The position numbers and the translations under genes are program-made. Of a stretch of 64,000 nt of DNA, positions 50,367 to 63,529 are shown one piece after another (the first letter of the stretch is position 1; each line of letters opens with the position of its first letter). Source of the stretch: Blepharisma stoltei ATCC 30299 (lineage: Eukaryota > Protista > Ciliophora); the NCBI GenBank assembly GCA_965603825.1, contig CBFDEM010000040.1, forward strand, positions 682,001 through 746,000, in the 5' to 3' direction. Below the pieces are notes generated by a model that made no database searches, was not told the origin of the DNA, and saw only the letters and a program-made list of their open reading frames with translations.

Positions 50367-53249
50367 TTAAACTATAGGAATTCCATATAAATTCGAATAA
50401 ACTTGCAAAATTTGTTGAGAGCTCTCATCCAGGTATGGGCTTATCATCATATAGAACTGTGGCACTCTTGTCACTGTCTGCAAGAAATACATCTTTTCAT
50501 TCGGAAAATCCCTAAACTTGTCTTGCAAAGGCTCCTCCGCACTATAAATCTTCTGGAACGAGTCTTTTCCCATTTGGAACGTATTTTCCTCTGGCAAGTC
50601 CACACTTCCATTACTATATATAGTCCCAGACGCGATATTAGTCGGAATTTCCATCATCTTTAAAAGATTGACACATGCAGCACCCCAGACATCAGGGTTT
50701 AATGCATTGGCTGCCAAAATATTGGTCATTCCTATAGCGACCCATCTTCTTTCTATAATAGTGTCTACTGCCCTTAAGTTTTGAATTACTTCGCCTTTAA
50801 TTAGCATCTCAAAAATCCCTTGTTGGACGGTGTTTAGTGAGGATACTACAACTTCAGGGCCATATCTGATCACTAATAGTGATATAAAAATTATTGCACC
50901 TTTGTGGAATTTCTGGCTGAGCCTGATGTTTTGTGCTTTAGAGCTGTGGAGCTTGGTAAAAATAATTACGTAGATTTCTCTAAGCAGGTGTAAAACAGAC
51001 TCAGCTGGGTAGGTTTCAATGAGGGTCGTAGCTAAGCTGAAGGCTTGGGCGTCTAAATTTATTATGAAAAGCTGCTTTATGATGGCGGCTAGATCAGGGA
51101 TGTTATTCAGCAATAGTTCTGGTTGGACTTTTAAGACATTTTCTAAGAAAATTACAAGGGTGGGGGCATAGTAGCGGCTTCCAGCTTCCCAGTTGTTCAT
51201 AGGGAGCACTGAGTTTAAAAGCTGCATATTAGTTTGAGAAAGCCTTCTCTTTAGTCTAATAAACAAGGCTTGGATTTGAAATGCATAAGGGAGCAGCTCT
51301 GCATTGGATTTCTGTATAATTAAAGCCATAAACACCTCTAGCTTACTTTCTATCTCATCCAGGGTAGGGCCTCTTGAATTCATCATTACCAAGGCAAAAC
51401 ATTCAAATACCAGCCAATTAAATTTTGGGTCTGAGTCAGTTGGGTTTGCCATTACCTGCTTCACATACTCAATAAAAATGTCACAAGCAGGGATTGCAAA
51501 TGCTGAAAAAGTGTCCTGAGCAAGCCAAATTACCCTGAAAAAGGCATTCATGATGTATAAGTTCCTTGGGTGCTTCATAGATGCATTTGCTAAACACTGT
51601 AGCAGCTGTTTAAGACAAGGCGCTAAATGGTCTTTTGTCATAAGCAGTTCTTGGCTTTGGTTTGGGTTTTGGTTTATGTGTTGGTTTTTTACCATTAGAA
51701 GCCTTTCTAGGGTGGCTGATGCATATGAAGAAACTAAGGCATTTTGATTATCAATTAGTCCTGAGACTTGATTAAGCAGCATTACAAACATTTCTTGAGG
51801 AAACTGATTTCTATACACATAAATGAATTTTAAACAGCTTGTTTTCAATATCGGAAAAGCATTAGGATTTGCTAATTGAGGCTGCACAAAATTTTCAAAT
51901 AACTGGACAATATGCTGTGGAGAGGTCGCTATAGAGCTAGCTCCATTTTTCGCTGTATACAACAGTGGAAATAGCCCTGAAAGTAGCAAAATTAAAGCGT
52001 CCATTTGTTTTCAGTTAGCTTGAGGGTTAGTTCTAAAAGCTTCCGAAATCTGAGTCTGAGTGTCAAAAACCAGTCTATTAATGTCGTCAGGGAACTGTTT
52101 TATTAAAGCTCGCATTAATTGTGTACAAGCTGACCTGCGGGTGTCTTCATTTGCATCTTCAAGGTACATTTTTATGAAATCTGTATTTGAGTTATTAGCA
52201 GCATCTGCCAAATCTTCGTCAGCTTCAGAAATAACCATATTTGGGAGGATTAATGACCCAAATAACAATCCCAGATTACTATGCATAAGGGTCGCTATTT
52301 GTGGCTTATAAGTGACCACCCTGAAAAAGTCCAAAGAAGCGCTTATGAATTTATCATACTCCTGCCTCCCTGAAGCTGCTGAAAGCAGCTCCCATACAGT
52401 TTTACAGAAATTCTCCACAAAAGGTTCAAAATCTTCGTCATATTTTTGGGCATAAAGCGTCAGACATTTGAGGATTTTACTTTTCATGTCAAAAAGAATG
52501 GTGTCGTCAGTCAAAGCTTGGCTATGATAAGTAAGCAAAAAATGGAAAAGAGTCATCCATTCCTTCAAAGTGTCGTCAAACTGCTGAGGCACGTCTTGGC
52601 CATTGAGGGAAATAAAGACTTTTAGGAGAGGCACAAAAGTCAATAAATTCTGGTTTATTTCGAGCTGGGTGGCTGATCCTTGTAAAGCAGAAAACAGGTT
52701 TTGGGCGACTGCGTAGTATACTGGGAATAGCCTGTCTACTACAAGTTTTATTTCAAGCCACAGTTCATCAGATCTAAATGAGAACCTATATCTCTTAAAA
52801 AGCTTGTGGCAAGTCTGCAGAGTCGCATGAATCGCTTCTCTTGAAGAACTCTCTGAATTCAGCCCCTGGTACAAGTAATCTAAGAGCTCTGGCCACTGTG
52901 CTGGGAAATCATGGCTTGCGATATGCGCAATTGACTCTCTCAGCTGACTAGAAACTGCTGGCTGGGTGGTCAGCATAGCGCCAAAGACCACTCTTCTGAT
53001 TTGGGCTTTTACCTCGTCTAAAATTGGTGCTCCTTCTTCAGGAGACCATTTTTTAATTATGAAATTCTTGAATGCGACTGCTGCAAATTGAGCTAATGGC
53101 GCTTGAAACTGAGGATTTGTGAAGTACTGATAGAGAATGATAGGGAAGTTTAGGTTTTCTTCGAAATTCTTCAATTCGTGCTCACCTTGAGATCGTATGT
53201 TGATTTGGTGCGACAAACATTTGTTAAACACTGAGGATAGTTCAGCCAT
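50367..53249 (-). CDS. CSE1: Exportin-2 / CSE1
   Basis: AAVAFKNFIIKKW, DFPAQWPEL, LFKRYRFSFRSDELWLEIK, DTRRSAC, AN(TGA=W)KQMDA, ELLPYAFQI. Confidence 0.93.
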
Positions 53250-53361
53250 TACCGCCTTTTTATTATAATTAAATAGGGATTTTGTTTAAAAAATAGCAAG
53301 GATTTTGAGAGATTTCCATGATAAATTAGATCTATATGAACATTAATCAAATTATGTTAGA

Positions 53362-54321
53362 TTACTGAAGTCCCCATCCGATCAAGAGCTTGAAAATAGT
53401 GCCAAATGCGTTTCCGCATGCTGTATAGTCAGTCTTGCAGGTCTCAATAACTTGGGTGCTTTGATAGACGGCAGCTCCATTAGCAACATAATTTTTGAGG
53501 ACCATTTGCCAGCCAGCTAAGGTATAGAGTTTGTCAAGCTGAACAAAGAGTGGGCTGAAGTCGCAGTTTTCTTGGTCTTTTTCGAGGTTCTTCATGACAA
53601 CATCGAAATCTTCGAAGATTTTCTTGATTCCGCTTGATTTTCCAGTAAAAACGTTAACTGCGTCTGAAAGGATGTTGAAGATTGAGCTTGTGGTGGAGAC
53701 CAAAACTGGGTAGCAAGTGCCTGGTTGAGCTGAGTTTACTTCAAGGCCAGTCAAAATTCCATCAATGAAGTTTTGTGCGCTTGGTGAAGAAAGAGCTGAG
53801 GCCAGCTTAAGAGGAGCTGGGATTAAGAAAATCTTGAGCATGGCTCCAAGATCAGTTCCAGCTTGTTGGTATTCGAGCTTAAGAAGGCTCTGGAAAACTC
53901 CTAAGAGATCATTGGTAAACATGGTGTGGTGATATACGACGTCATTGATCATCTTCCATTTTCCGTTTGTCTTGATGGTGTAGGTCCATGATTCTGGGAT
54001 TTCTTCAAGTCCACATGATGACCCTGCGTTTGTGGCCAAATCTTGAGCGAAGTCCACAAAGCTCTCGATGGCAGCTTTGGTCTGTCCTTTAGAAATTGCA
54101 AAGAAGGCAGCCACAATGTCGTGATCCAGCTGGTAAACGACTGTCTGGCTAAGGCAGGTGCTTGGCATGGTATACTGTGAGCCTTCGAAAGTTTGCATGA
54201 CGGCTTGGATGAAAGTCTGAAAACCTTGGTAGTCGACCGCAGAGAACGACTGTGGGACATAGAGTTCGCTTCCGCATGAGAATCCAAGGAGAAGTACAAC
54301 TATAAGTGTAAGCTTGCTCAT
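53362..54321 (-). CDS. Secreted helical protein with two internal repeats, probably highly expressed
   Basis: Signal peptide. Two units of F..G/A.....C...C......YxxxGxxLG..LK..L. C-ending codon bias. Confidence 0.8.
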   Translation of the reverse strand: MSKLTLIVVLLLGFSCGSELYVPQSFSAVDYQGFQTFIQAVMQTFEGSQYTMPSTCLSQTVVYQLDHDIVAAFFAISKGQTKAAIESFVDFAQDLATNAGSSCGLEEIPESWTYTIKTNGKWKMINDVVYHHTMFTNDLLGVFQSLLKLEYQQAGTDLGAMLKIFLIPAPLKLASALSSPSAQNFIDGILTGLEVNSAQPGTCYPVLVSTTSSIFNILSDAVNVFTGKSSGIKKIFEDFDVVMKNLEKDQENCDFSPLFVQLDKLYTLAGWQMVLKNYVANGAAVYQSTQVIETCKTDYTACGNAFGTIFKLLIGWGLQ

Positions 54322-54793
54322 ATTTTAATTATTCAACAGGTCAACCAAAAATGGTCTAATCAGTATGTGAATTCAAATTGTCGGGAAGAAATTAAAGAAT
54401 GCTGGATTTTTAATGGGAAAAATAAGGACTGGGAGGTTAGACAATATTATAGGAAAAAATCATGAAGGAAAAGAAAGAAGGGCAAGAGCGAAACAGATAT
54501 GGATGGGAAAACCGCTGGAAATGGATTATAAGGATGGGATTGGAATGGGAACTTATAAAAATGAATATTTTAAGCGAGGGTTTGGGATAAATAGATATCA
54601 GCAGATTTAGCTTAGCGACAGCTTATGATGTCTGCCAGAATATTTGCTGATGTCATATTTATAAAATGAATTTTAATAGAAAGATATAAAGGGAATATTC
54701 AATATTTCGAGCTATAAATCCTAGCAATTATCATTTTCTAATTAATATTTTTCTCACATTTTTTGTTGAAAACTTCGCTAACTGTCATTAATT

Positions 54794-57085
54794 ATGGATC
54801 TTAAGCAAATAGCACTCAGTATTCCAGAATACTCAATAGATAAATTTTCTGATTCAGAAGAATTAGCACTAATTATAAGCTGCGACCAAAATGTGCAGAA
54901 ATTTTCTCTGCCAGCCAAAGATATTCTGTTTAATTTAGACAATAATGAATGCCAAAACTCGATTACTTTTTCTTTAGTTAATGGGATCGAGCAAATTGGC
55001 CAAACAACCTTAAAAGTAAATACTCTAGAAAGTTCAAAAATTGATAAATGAATCAGTCTCCAAAAACCCGCAGAAAAGCCAAGGATTATTCCTATGAAAT
55101 CACAAACCGACAATAAATTTCACCTCATTGGACAAATAAAAACACCTAAAACCGCCTGCCTAAAATGCACACAAGAGGACAAATTTTACAACCTAATGCA
55201 GCAAGACATAAAAAATCTGCAAGACACCCACGAATTAGTCCTTAAAATAGCTAAAGAATGTGACCCAGAAAATATCAGCATTGATATCACCTCACAAGAG
55301 CTAGGACTTAGCTTGCCAGAGCTCAGACTTGGAGAAGGAGAGTTATCAAGCCACCAAGCTGAATATTTAAGGCTGCTTTTATTAGGGCTAAACGAAAAAT
55401 TAAAAGTTTTGCAGATTTTCAAGATAAGGCTGATTGATTATCATAATCAGCTGAAGCATGAATTAGCAGCCAATGAGCTGCTTTTTGAAAAAATAGAAAG
55501 GACAAAAATAAGCTTTGACAAGATTATTGAGGACCAAAATGCTGAATTTGAAAAAATTAAAGGGATTAATGTTTCGCTAGGAAATCAGCTTGGGAAAGTA
55601 AATGAAAAGCTAAAACTGGCAGAAATACAGATTAATGCGAATAATTATGAGATTGAACAGCTAAAAGCGCAGCTTCAAGTGAAAAGTGTTTTTGAAAAAA
55701 ATTGCTTTGATATGCAAAAAGAGATTGATGTTTTAAAAAAACAGTTAAAAGATGCAAATTATAAAAGAGATGAGCTAAGAGGTCTCTATTTAGTAAGCTT
55801 AAAAGAGCATGAAGAAGCACAAAAAGATATGGATAAAAAATTTGAAGAAATTATTAATAAAAACAAGGATCTTGAAAACAGCCTAATTTTAGCCGAACAA
55901 AAAATTTCTGACCAAAATTCAGAAATCAATTCCCTCAATACAAAATTCAGCCACATTGAGCAAGAAAACAACACAATGAAATTTGAAGCCATCAGATTCA
56001 AAAACATCGAAGCCAAAGCTTCTCAAATGGAAGAAATCGCTAAAAAGCACCAATCTTCTTGCCAAAATTTGCATATGAAGTTATTTGACATCACAAATCA
56101 ATTCCAAACTGAAACAAAATATGCTAAACAAGATAAAGAAAACCTTTTAGCAAGCAATAGGTCTTTACAAGAAGCCTATTCTGAGCTTGAACAAGAGCTG
56201 ATAAAGCATCAAGCAGAAATAGAAAAATTAAATAAAGAAAAAACTGACCTCCAAACACAGCAAGCAGCCTTGGAAGAGCACTTATGCACACAAGAAGACC
56301 AAAACCAAATAAAAGATGAGCTGGAACGCATGTATGAAATTCATGAAGACATAAACCAACAGATCTATAATGATATAGATTTCATTACAAATAAGCTAGT
56401 AGATGAGTCTTCTAATAGTCTCCAAAACCAGCGAATTTCTAATAGGCTAAAAACAATTCTTGAAGACAGGGATGGAGAAATTGAAGTTTTAAGAAATATG
56501 GTTTCTGATCTGCAGAGCAAGCCTGATGTTTATGTAGCTGTAAAAGATGATCCTATAGATGCAGCTATTGCGGACTATGTGAACACAAGAAAAATTGATG
56601 TACCATTTGTAAGGGAAGATCTTGGGATTTATCTTTTTGGCTCCAAAAGAGTATTTATTAAGTTGGAGAATGGGAAAATCATAAGTAAGACATAAATAGT
56701 CCGAGTAGGAGGCGGTTATATGAAAATTGATGAATTTGTGGAGCTATATACGCCTTTGGAACTTGAAAAATTTGAATCCAAAAATAAAGAAGACGCAAGC
56801 TCCCAAAGAAATTCTATATTATGCAAGCTTGCAAGCAATATAGGTAAACAATATATAGTGAACGACAAAACTGGAGGAAAATTCGAAATTTCTCCTCAAA
56901 AAGCTGCTCAAATATTAAAAGATGCCTTTTCGTCTGGAAACACAAAATATTCTACCTGTATAGCGCTGCCTAGAAAAATGTCGCCTCGGCATCAAACTTA
57001 CACCCAAGGAAAACCTAACCCGACTTCCCCAACAAGGAAATCTCAGATGTCTTTTGGAGATAATACAGATAGGGCTGAGTATTAA
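54794..57085 (+). CDS. Coiled-coil protein with C-terminal GAS2/GAR domain, one intron
   Basis: TGA=Trp at 55049. DDPID...GIYLFGSKRVFIKLENGKIII|RVGGGYMKIDEF is restored by intron 56685-56699. Confidence 0.88.
56685..56699 (+). other. 15-nt intron GTAAGACATAAATAG
   Basis: Removes an in-frame TAA and restores the GAS2 IRVGGG motif. Confidence 0.92.
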
Positions 57086-57216
57086 TTTATTTGTATTTGC
57101 TAAAGAAAATGGACATAAATTTCCAGTGTTTTTCAAGCTTAAATTTCTAGAGAATTTCTTTTTCCATTTCTAATCTTCATAGGATAATTTATAAGATAAA
57201 TTGATAATTTAAAATA

Positions 57217-60090
57217 ATGAATGTTTTGAATGACCTTTTCACAGGTGGAAAGCCTGAATTTCCAGAACAGCAGCAGTACCTGGAACTATGAAATACTTCC
57301 TTAGATAATTTTCGGAAAAATATAAAATACATCGGGTCATTTCTTTCTGATATTACAATAAATTTCGATCAATACGGAAAATCACTCTCGAGAAGTGGAA
57401 AAAACCTAATCAGCTACTTATTAAAAATAGAAACCAAAAGCAATACAAATATAGCAGAAAGCATGAAAAAATTCGGAAATTTCAGTGAAATGCTGGGAGA
57501 TGTCTATAGCAAAAGTTCATCGTCTTTAAATAGTATGATTAATCAGAGAATACAAAAACTCACCGAAGACACAAGCCAAACGAGGAAAAAGATGGTTGAA
57601 GAGACCCAGCAGGCTATGCAAGACTTGAGTAAGTCAAAGGCGAATTATACAAAAATTAAGGCAAAATACGATAAAGCTGTAAAAGATAGTGAAAATCTCC
57701 ATGCTGCCTTTACGAAAGCAAAAAATGATGCGAGCAGCAATTTCCAGGTGGGGGTTGAACAGAGGTTTAAAGAAAAATCAAATGCAAGCAAAAAAGAATG
57801 TGCGAGCTTGCAAGAGGAGCTGAAAGAGCAGATTGATCTTATTAACCACAAGCATGAAATTTTAGAGACAGTGCTAAAATTAGCGAATTATCAAAATATA
57901 GAATTAGAAAAAGAAAGCATGATTACCTTGCATGACCTAGCACATTCTGTTATTTGTATGGTAAGGAATGTTTTGGCTTTAAGAAAAGAACAGTCAGAAA
58001 TAAAGCATAACGAAATTGCTGAATTAGCAAATATTACGCTTGATATGATTGATAATAATAAAGATAATAAACAAAGAAACTCAATTGAATACCTTATGCA
58101 AAAATTAGAGCAAAGGCTAAATGCAAATGAAGACAGGTCAAAAGCTTTAAGGGGCTTTAAAACTTATTTATCAGAAATTATGAACGCTGACGAATCGCTT
58201 GGAAAAGGCCTTGAAAAAATTGGGGTTGCTCTTATGCTGCCTGATTATTACACCAGTAAAAAAGAATGTAAAGCAGAATGGCTTATTTTTAACAATATAT
58301 TTATTGAGATATCTAAAATCCACATTAAATTTTCTAAAGAAATTGCTAAAAAAGGAAGCGAGCCTTTACAAGCTCTCATAGATTTGAAAACAAATATCGC
58401 TAAAAAGTTGCAAACCAGCGTCCAGAAATCTATAAGGGATCATGCCATAATCCAAGAAGAAGGCTTAAAAGATTTTGAGAAAATAAAAAAAAATGAGGAA
58501 AAAAAAGCCTTAGAAATCAGAGATAGAATCCAAAATTCCTTTCAAAATGCTGAGCATCAGGTATATAGCAGTATGGCAGAAAACACAAATTTAGAAGCCT
58601 CCCATCTGCAAAATCTTAAAGGAGTTTTAGCAACTTTGCATATGCTTGAAGAAGAATATAACCATTTAATTGACTCTTTAATAGAAAAAGGCAAACAAGA
58701 AATAGAAAATATTAATGTAGAAGACGACTTTAAAGACCAAGTTTTATATGAAAAAAAGAGCTCTCTTGATCTTTCCTTAGAAATTTCAAACCAAAGGCAA
58801 TCACTAGAATTCGAAGAAAATAAAAATTATCAAAACCCAAGTGAAGAAAACTCAATTTTGCAAAAATTCAATCTTGAAGCAGGCTCAACACTTGTGGAGA
58901 GCTTTGCTTGTGCCTTATCTAAAAAAATTCTTCTCCATGGGCGAATGTATCTTACAACCACTCATATTTGCTTTCACTCATATTTTAACTCCCAAACTAT
59001 TTTTGGGAGAGAAACTCTATTAGCTATTCCATTTGCAGAAATAAAAAAAGTCGAAAAAAAGATCCATGGGCTGATTTTTGATAATGCTTTACGTATTACT
59101 ACTGATAACTCTGAATTTATTTTCGCTTCATTTTTATATAGAGAGCAAGCAAAAGCAACAGTCGAAAATTTGATCAGACTAAACAAACCTTCTCAGAATG
59201 CAGCACAAAAAACTGCTTGTGAATTTAAAATAGAAACAAGAGAAAAACGATTGCAGTTGGCAAAGCTCATGAAAACGCTAAAAGTTAAGACAGAGCCTGT
59301 CAGTAATAGGAAGCCAGAATCATTTTTTAAAGTGACTTTGCTGAAAGACCCTTTAAGTTTTGATGTGCCAGCACAAAAAATTTTTGAGCTTTTATTTGCT
59401 GATTCTGCTAAAGATTTTTTAGAAAAATTTATGGAGCTGAAAAATGAAACTGATATGAAATTAACACAATGGGAGCCATCTGCGCCTGATTTTTATCTTA
59501 ATCAGCCTGGAGAGTCATGAAATGAAAGCTCAGTTAGAAGTTTAGACTATATAAGACCTATGAAAGAAAGATTCCCTATGATGCCGAAAACTCATGGAGT
59601 CCATGAGCAGCAAACAATTTATTTTATATCAAAAAACGAATTTATTTTTGAAATTTTAATAAAAACAAGCGGGGTTCCTTTTTCTGACTGTTTTCAGGCT
59701 CATTTAAGATGGCACGTCAAAGAAGTGGATGGAAAAACTAGCCTTGTGGGGAGATATTGGATGGAATTCTTAAAAAGCACTATGTTCAGTGGAAAAATTG
59801 AGAGGACAAGTGTAGCGGAGACCATAAATGTGATTAATGAAATATGGGTCCCATTAGTGAAAAATAAGGTGAATGGATTTTTAGGCGAAAAAGTTGAAGA
59901 AATTGTGCCGAAAGTGAAAGAGCCTGTAAAAGAGGAAAATACCGATTTTAATTGGATGGGATGGGCATTTATTGGGATTTTGGTAATTATTCTTATCATT
60001 TTTTGGAATCGGATTTCTCGACTAGAAAACGATGTGAACCGGCTTTCAGTTCTCATTTCCAAAATGGATCATTATAAAATACCAAATTAA
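57217..60090 (+). CDS. LAM/GRAMD1-like lipid-transfer protein: BAR-like coiled coils, GRAM, VASt, TM
   Basis: ATG 57217 with TGA=Trp. GRAM: ESFACAL...LLHGRMYLTTTHICFHS. VASt: GVPFSDCFQAHLRW...MEFLKSTMFSGKIE. C-terminal TM helix. Confidence 0.85.
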
Positions 60091-60132
60091 TATGATTTTT
60101 TTATGATTTTTAATGTATTATTTAAGCTAAAT

Positions 60133-61959
60133 TTAAGTATTTAAGTCAATTTGGGTTATTCTGATATCTGCTAGAGGAATTTTATTTTTATCACAAGGCA
60201 CTCCTTCTATTGTTAAAACTACGTCCATCCCTTTATAGACTCTTCCAAATAGAGTATGTCTTCCATTCAGCCAAGAAGCAGGAACAGTTGTAATAAAAAA
60301 CTGCGAACCATTAGTATTTGGCCCTCTATTTGCCATAGACACAGTAAAAGGTCTGTCGTGTTTCAAATTTTCATTTATTTCGTCTTCAAATTCTTCTCCC
60401 CAAATAGACTCTCCTCCAGACCCGTCTCCTTTAGGATCACCAGTTTGTATCATAAATCCTTTAAGAACTCTATGAAAAGTCAATTGGTTGTAATAGCCAT
60501 TTTTAGAATGGACAGCAAAATTTTCAACTGTTTTTGGACACTCTTCAGGAAATAATTTAATATAAATATCCCCAACTGTAGTATGAATTACAGCAGAATG
60601 TGGCAGCTCGATGCTTGATTTCGGCAAAACCATTGCTTTTTTCTGCTCTTCTTCTATTTGTTCATTCACAATATCTCTTATTCTTCCGAGCTGATTTTTT
60701 TCAGTTTCTACATCAGTAGGCTCTCTTTTCGAAAATAAATAAAATCTGTTTGTTTTATAAGCGCTGCATATAACTAAAGGGTCAATTTCTTTTTCTCCTT
60801 GAGAAGTGGAGCCTCCTGCCCCTGCTTTTCCTGACATATTTCTTATAGGTTTTCCTTGATATAGCGCAATATTAGTAAACCTTTCTGATTCTTCTTTCCC
60901 AAGGACTTTTAACAAGCTACCATCAGAAATTAAAATAAATTTTATTCCAATATAGGTAGAATATAGCAAAACTTCATTACTTTCGTCAAAGGAAAGGCAG
61001 TTGGAAATTATAGAAGGGTCTTTATCTATATCTCTTTCTATTGCCATTCTTTTGTGGAATTCCAATCTTTCAAGCCTCAAAGGGGAATTTGGGGTCGCTT
61101 GGATTTCTTGGTATTTTTCGATTTTTTCATCAAAAGTAGCTATGAGATTTCCAGACAAAAAATCAAAAAGTCTAATCGCACGATCTTTGCACCAGATTGC
61201 GAATTGCTTGCCATTAGGAGAAATTGTGAGGGAAATCCCATAGGTTTGAAGCTTTGCAAGCTCAAATAGATCAGTCTGTGTTTTAAATTTAAATCCAAAA
61301 GCAATGTCCTCAGGAGTTTCCCCAGTTTCCACATCTCAATATTCAATAAAGCCTATATCGTCTATAGAAATTACAGTAGAATATGAATGATTGAATTTAA
61401 TAGCCTTGATATTCCCATTATGCATTGACATTGTTTTAATTGAATTTGATTCCTGACCAATTTTCGATATTTGTATTTTATCATTTCCTCCTAATGCTAT
61501 TAAAGGGCATGGGGAATTTGCTGTATTCACAAATTCAATAATTGTTGGACAAAAATCAAGGCGAATTATGTCTATCATATCAAATCCCATCACGTCAAAT
61601 ACCTTTATTGTGTTATCACCTTTTCCAGAACTTATCAGTCTTAATCCATCATGAGACATTGCTAAGCAGGAAATTTCAGATTTATGGGCTTGGATTTTTT
61701 TAACAAATTCTATACCTTGCCACTGTTTTTTTCAAAGATTTACAAAGCCATCAGCACTGCCTGTCGCTATGAATTCGGAAGAGGTAGAAATAGCAATTAG
61801 TGTTACGTAAGCTTTGTGCATGTAGCTTTTTTCGTATAAAGGAGACGATGGAAGAGTGCTTAAATAAACTGGGAGAAGTTTAGGCTTTTTTGCAGGTTTT
61901 GACTCGTCTTCTGAGGATAATTCAGCTCTTTTTGAGGGGATTTCTTCTGGTGGCTCCAT
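60133..61959 (-). CDS. PPWD1: WD40-repeat cyclophilin (peptidyl-prolyl isomerase)
   Basis: LPSSPLYEKSYMH, two TGA=Trp codons, CPKTVENF, FHRVLKGFMIQTGDP, SMANRGPNTNGSQFFIT. Confidence 0.93.
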
Positions 61960-62261
61960 TTAGATAACTTTAGCACCTTTTATAAATTCTTTAATATAAA
62001 ATCGATTTTTCTTATAAATGACAAAATTTTATATTTTAAAATAATTTTTATCAAAAGATGTGTAAAATATGAGAGATAATAAGACTATGATTATGAAATA
62101 GTTTTCCTAATTATAATGAAATTCAAAAATATTTAAACAAATTATTTAATAGCAGGAATTAATTGAATATTTTTCTTAAATTAATAAAATTAAATTTTAA
62201 AATTATCATGATAAATTTATTTATTAATTATCACATAATAGTCTAAGATAATCTGACATAA

Positions 62262-63515
62262 ATGAACAATTGCGAAGAAGCCGACTGTAATCTAATTGCC
62301 AAACAATCCTGCGATTGCAAAGGGGCCTCATTTAGACTGTGCGACACACATCTTTCTCTCCATTTAAGCGACAATCCTCTCACAGATCACAACCTTAAAA
62401 GTCTCCTTAAAATGAACATTCAATCAAGAAATCTCGTTATCCAAAAATTACTATACATAAAAGACCAAACCTGCAAACAAATATCAATGATAAATCAGCA
62501 ATCTTCAGCTTTAATTAATACTATACAAGCTGAAACAGCGCACATTTTAACCCATATGAATGAAATAATTGCATTATGTGAAGAAACCTATCAACGGCTC
62601 ATTACAATCGATGACATTCCTGATAAACAGTTTTACACTCCATTTAAAAATCTACTAAAATCTGATATTTACTATACCGGAAAATGCCTTGAAGAATGAA
62701 ATTACCCTACTTTTAAAGTAAAAATTCCTGAAGACTCCGTTTTTACTATAAATTATTCACCATTATCCCACTTAATTAATGGCTATAATGACTATTTTAT
62801 GTACTTAGACACAGACAGAAATATTGTCGTAAATAACGGGTATACAGAAAAAAAATTATTTAATTTCGACGATTTCACATTAAGGCTGCTACAAGTAAGC
62901 CCAAAAATAATATTAGTAACTGGAGGCGACACAGACAGAAAACGCGCAGTCCTTTTAGACATTGAACAATTTTCCGTGACTCCTCTAGAAAATATGATAA
63001 TGGAAAGACAGTGGCATGCTTGTACCTGAATTGATGGCTGGCCAGCAGTTATAGGAGGATTTGATGGAGAAAATGATTTAGACAGTGTAGAAATATTTGA
63101 AAAAGAAAAATGAAGACAAATTTCTAGCTTAAACCGGAAAAGAAGCACACCTTCAGCTGTAAATATGGGAGATGTTGTGTATGTATTTGGAGGGTTTGAG
63201 GTAGATACTATAGAAAAATATGAAAATCATTGGTGGACTTTACTTGAAATTAAATTGCCAACAGAAAATGCTGCGGTAGGGTTAATTAGTTTGACGAATT
63301 CAAGTGTGATTTGTTTTGGAGGTTGGCATAATGAAGAAGAATATTATAATTTTAAGGCCATGATTAATTTTAAAAATTCAGAATGGCTGGAGATGAGGGA
63401 GTTAGAAAATGAAGGGTGCTTTTTTTATCAGTCTTATATAGTCAAGGACAGAATTATTGTAGGGAAAATTGACAGAAATGAATTTACACGAGATTTTGCT
63501 CTAGAGTTTAAATAA
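62262..63515 (+). CDS. B-box-like Zn finger / coiled-coil / Kelch protein
   Basis: ORFs 62262, 62799 and 63165 share a frame via TGA=Trp. Kelch motifs ILVTGG, AVIGGFDG, VYVFGG, ICFGG. Confidence 0.85.
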
Positions 63516-63529
63516 GCTAATAATATAAT

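Noticed and set aside
54617-54656. GACA..ATGATGT..CTGA-TGTC resembling a C/D-box snoRNA or SECIS element
   Set aside because: Only about 15 nt lie between the boxes, box C is imperfect, and the stem is too short for a SECIS. It is not in the 3' UTR of a candidate selenoprotein.
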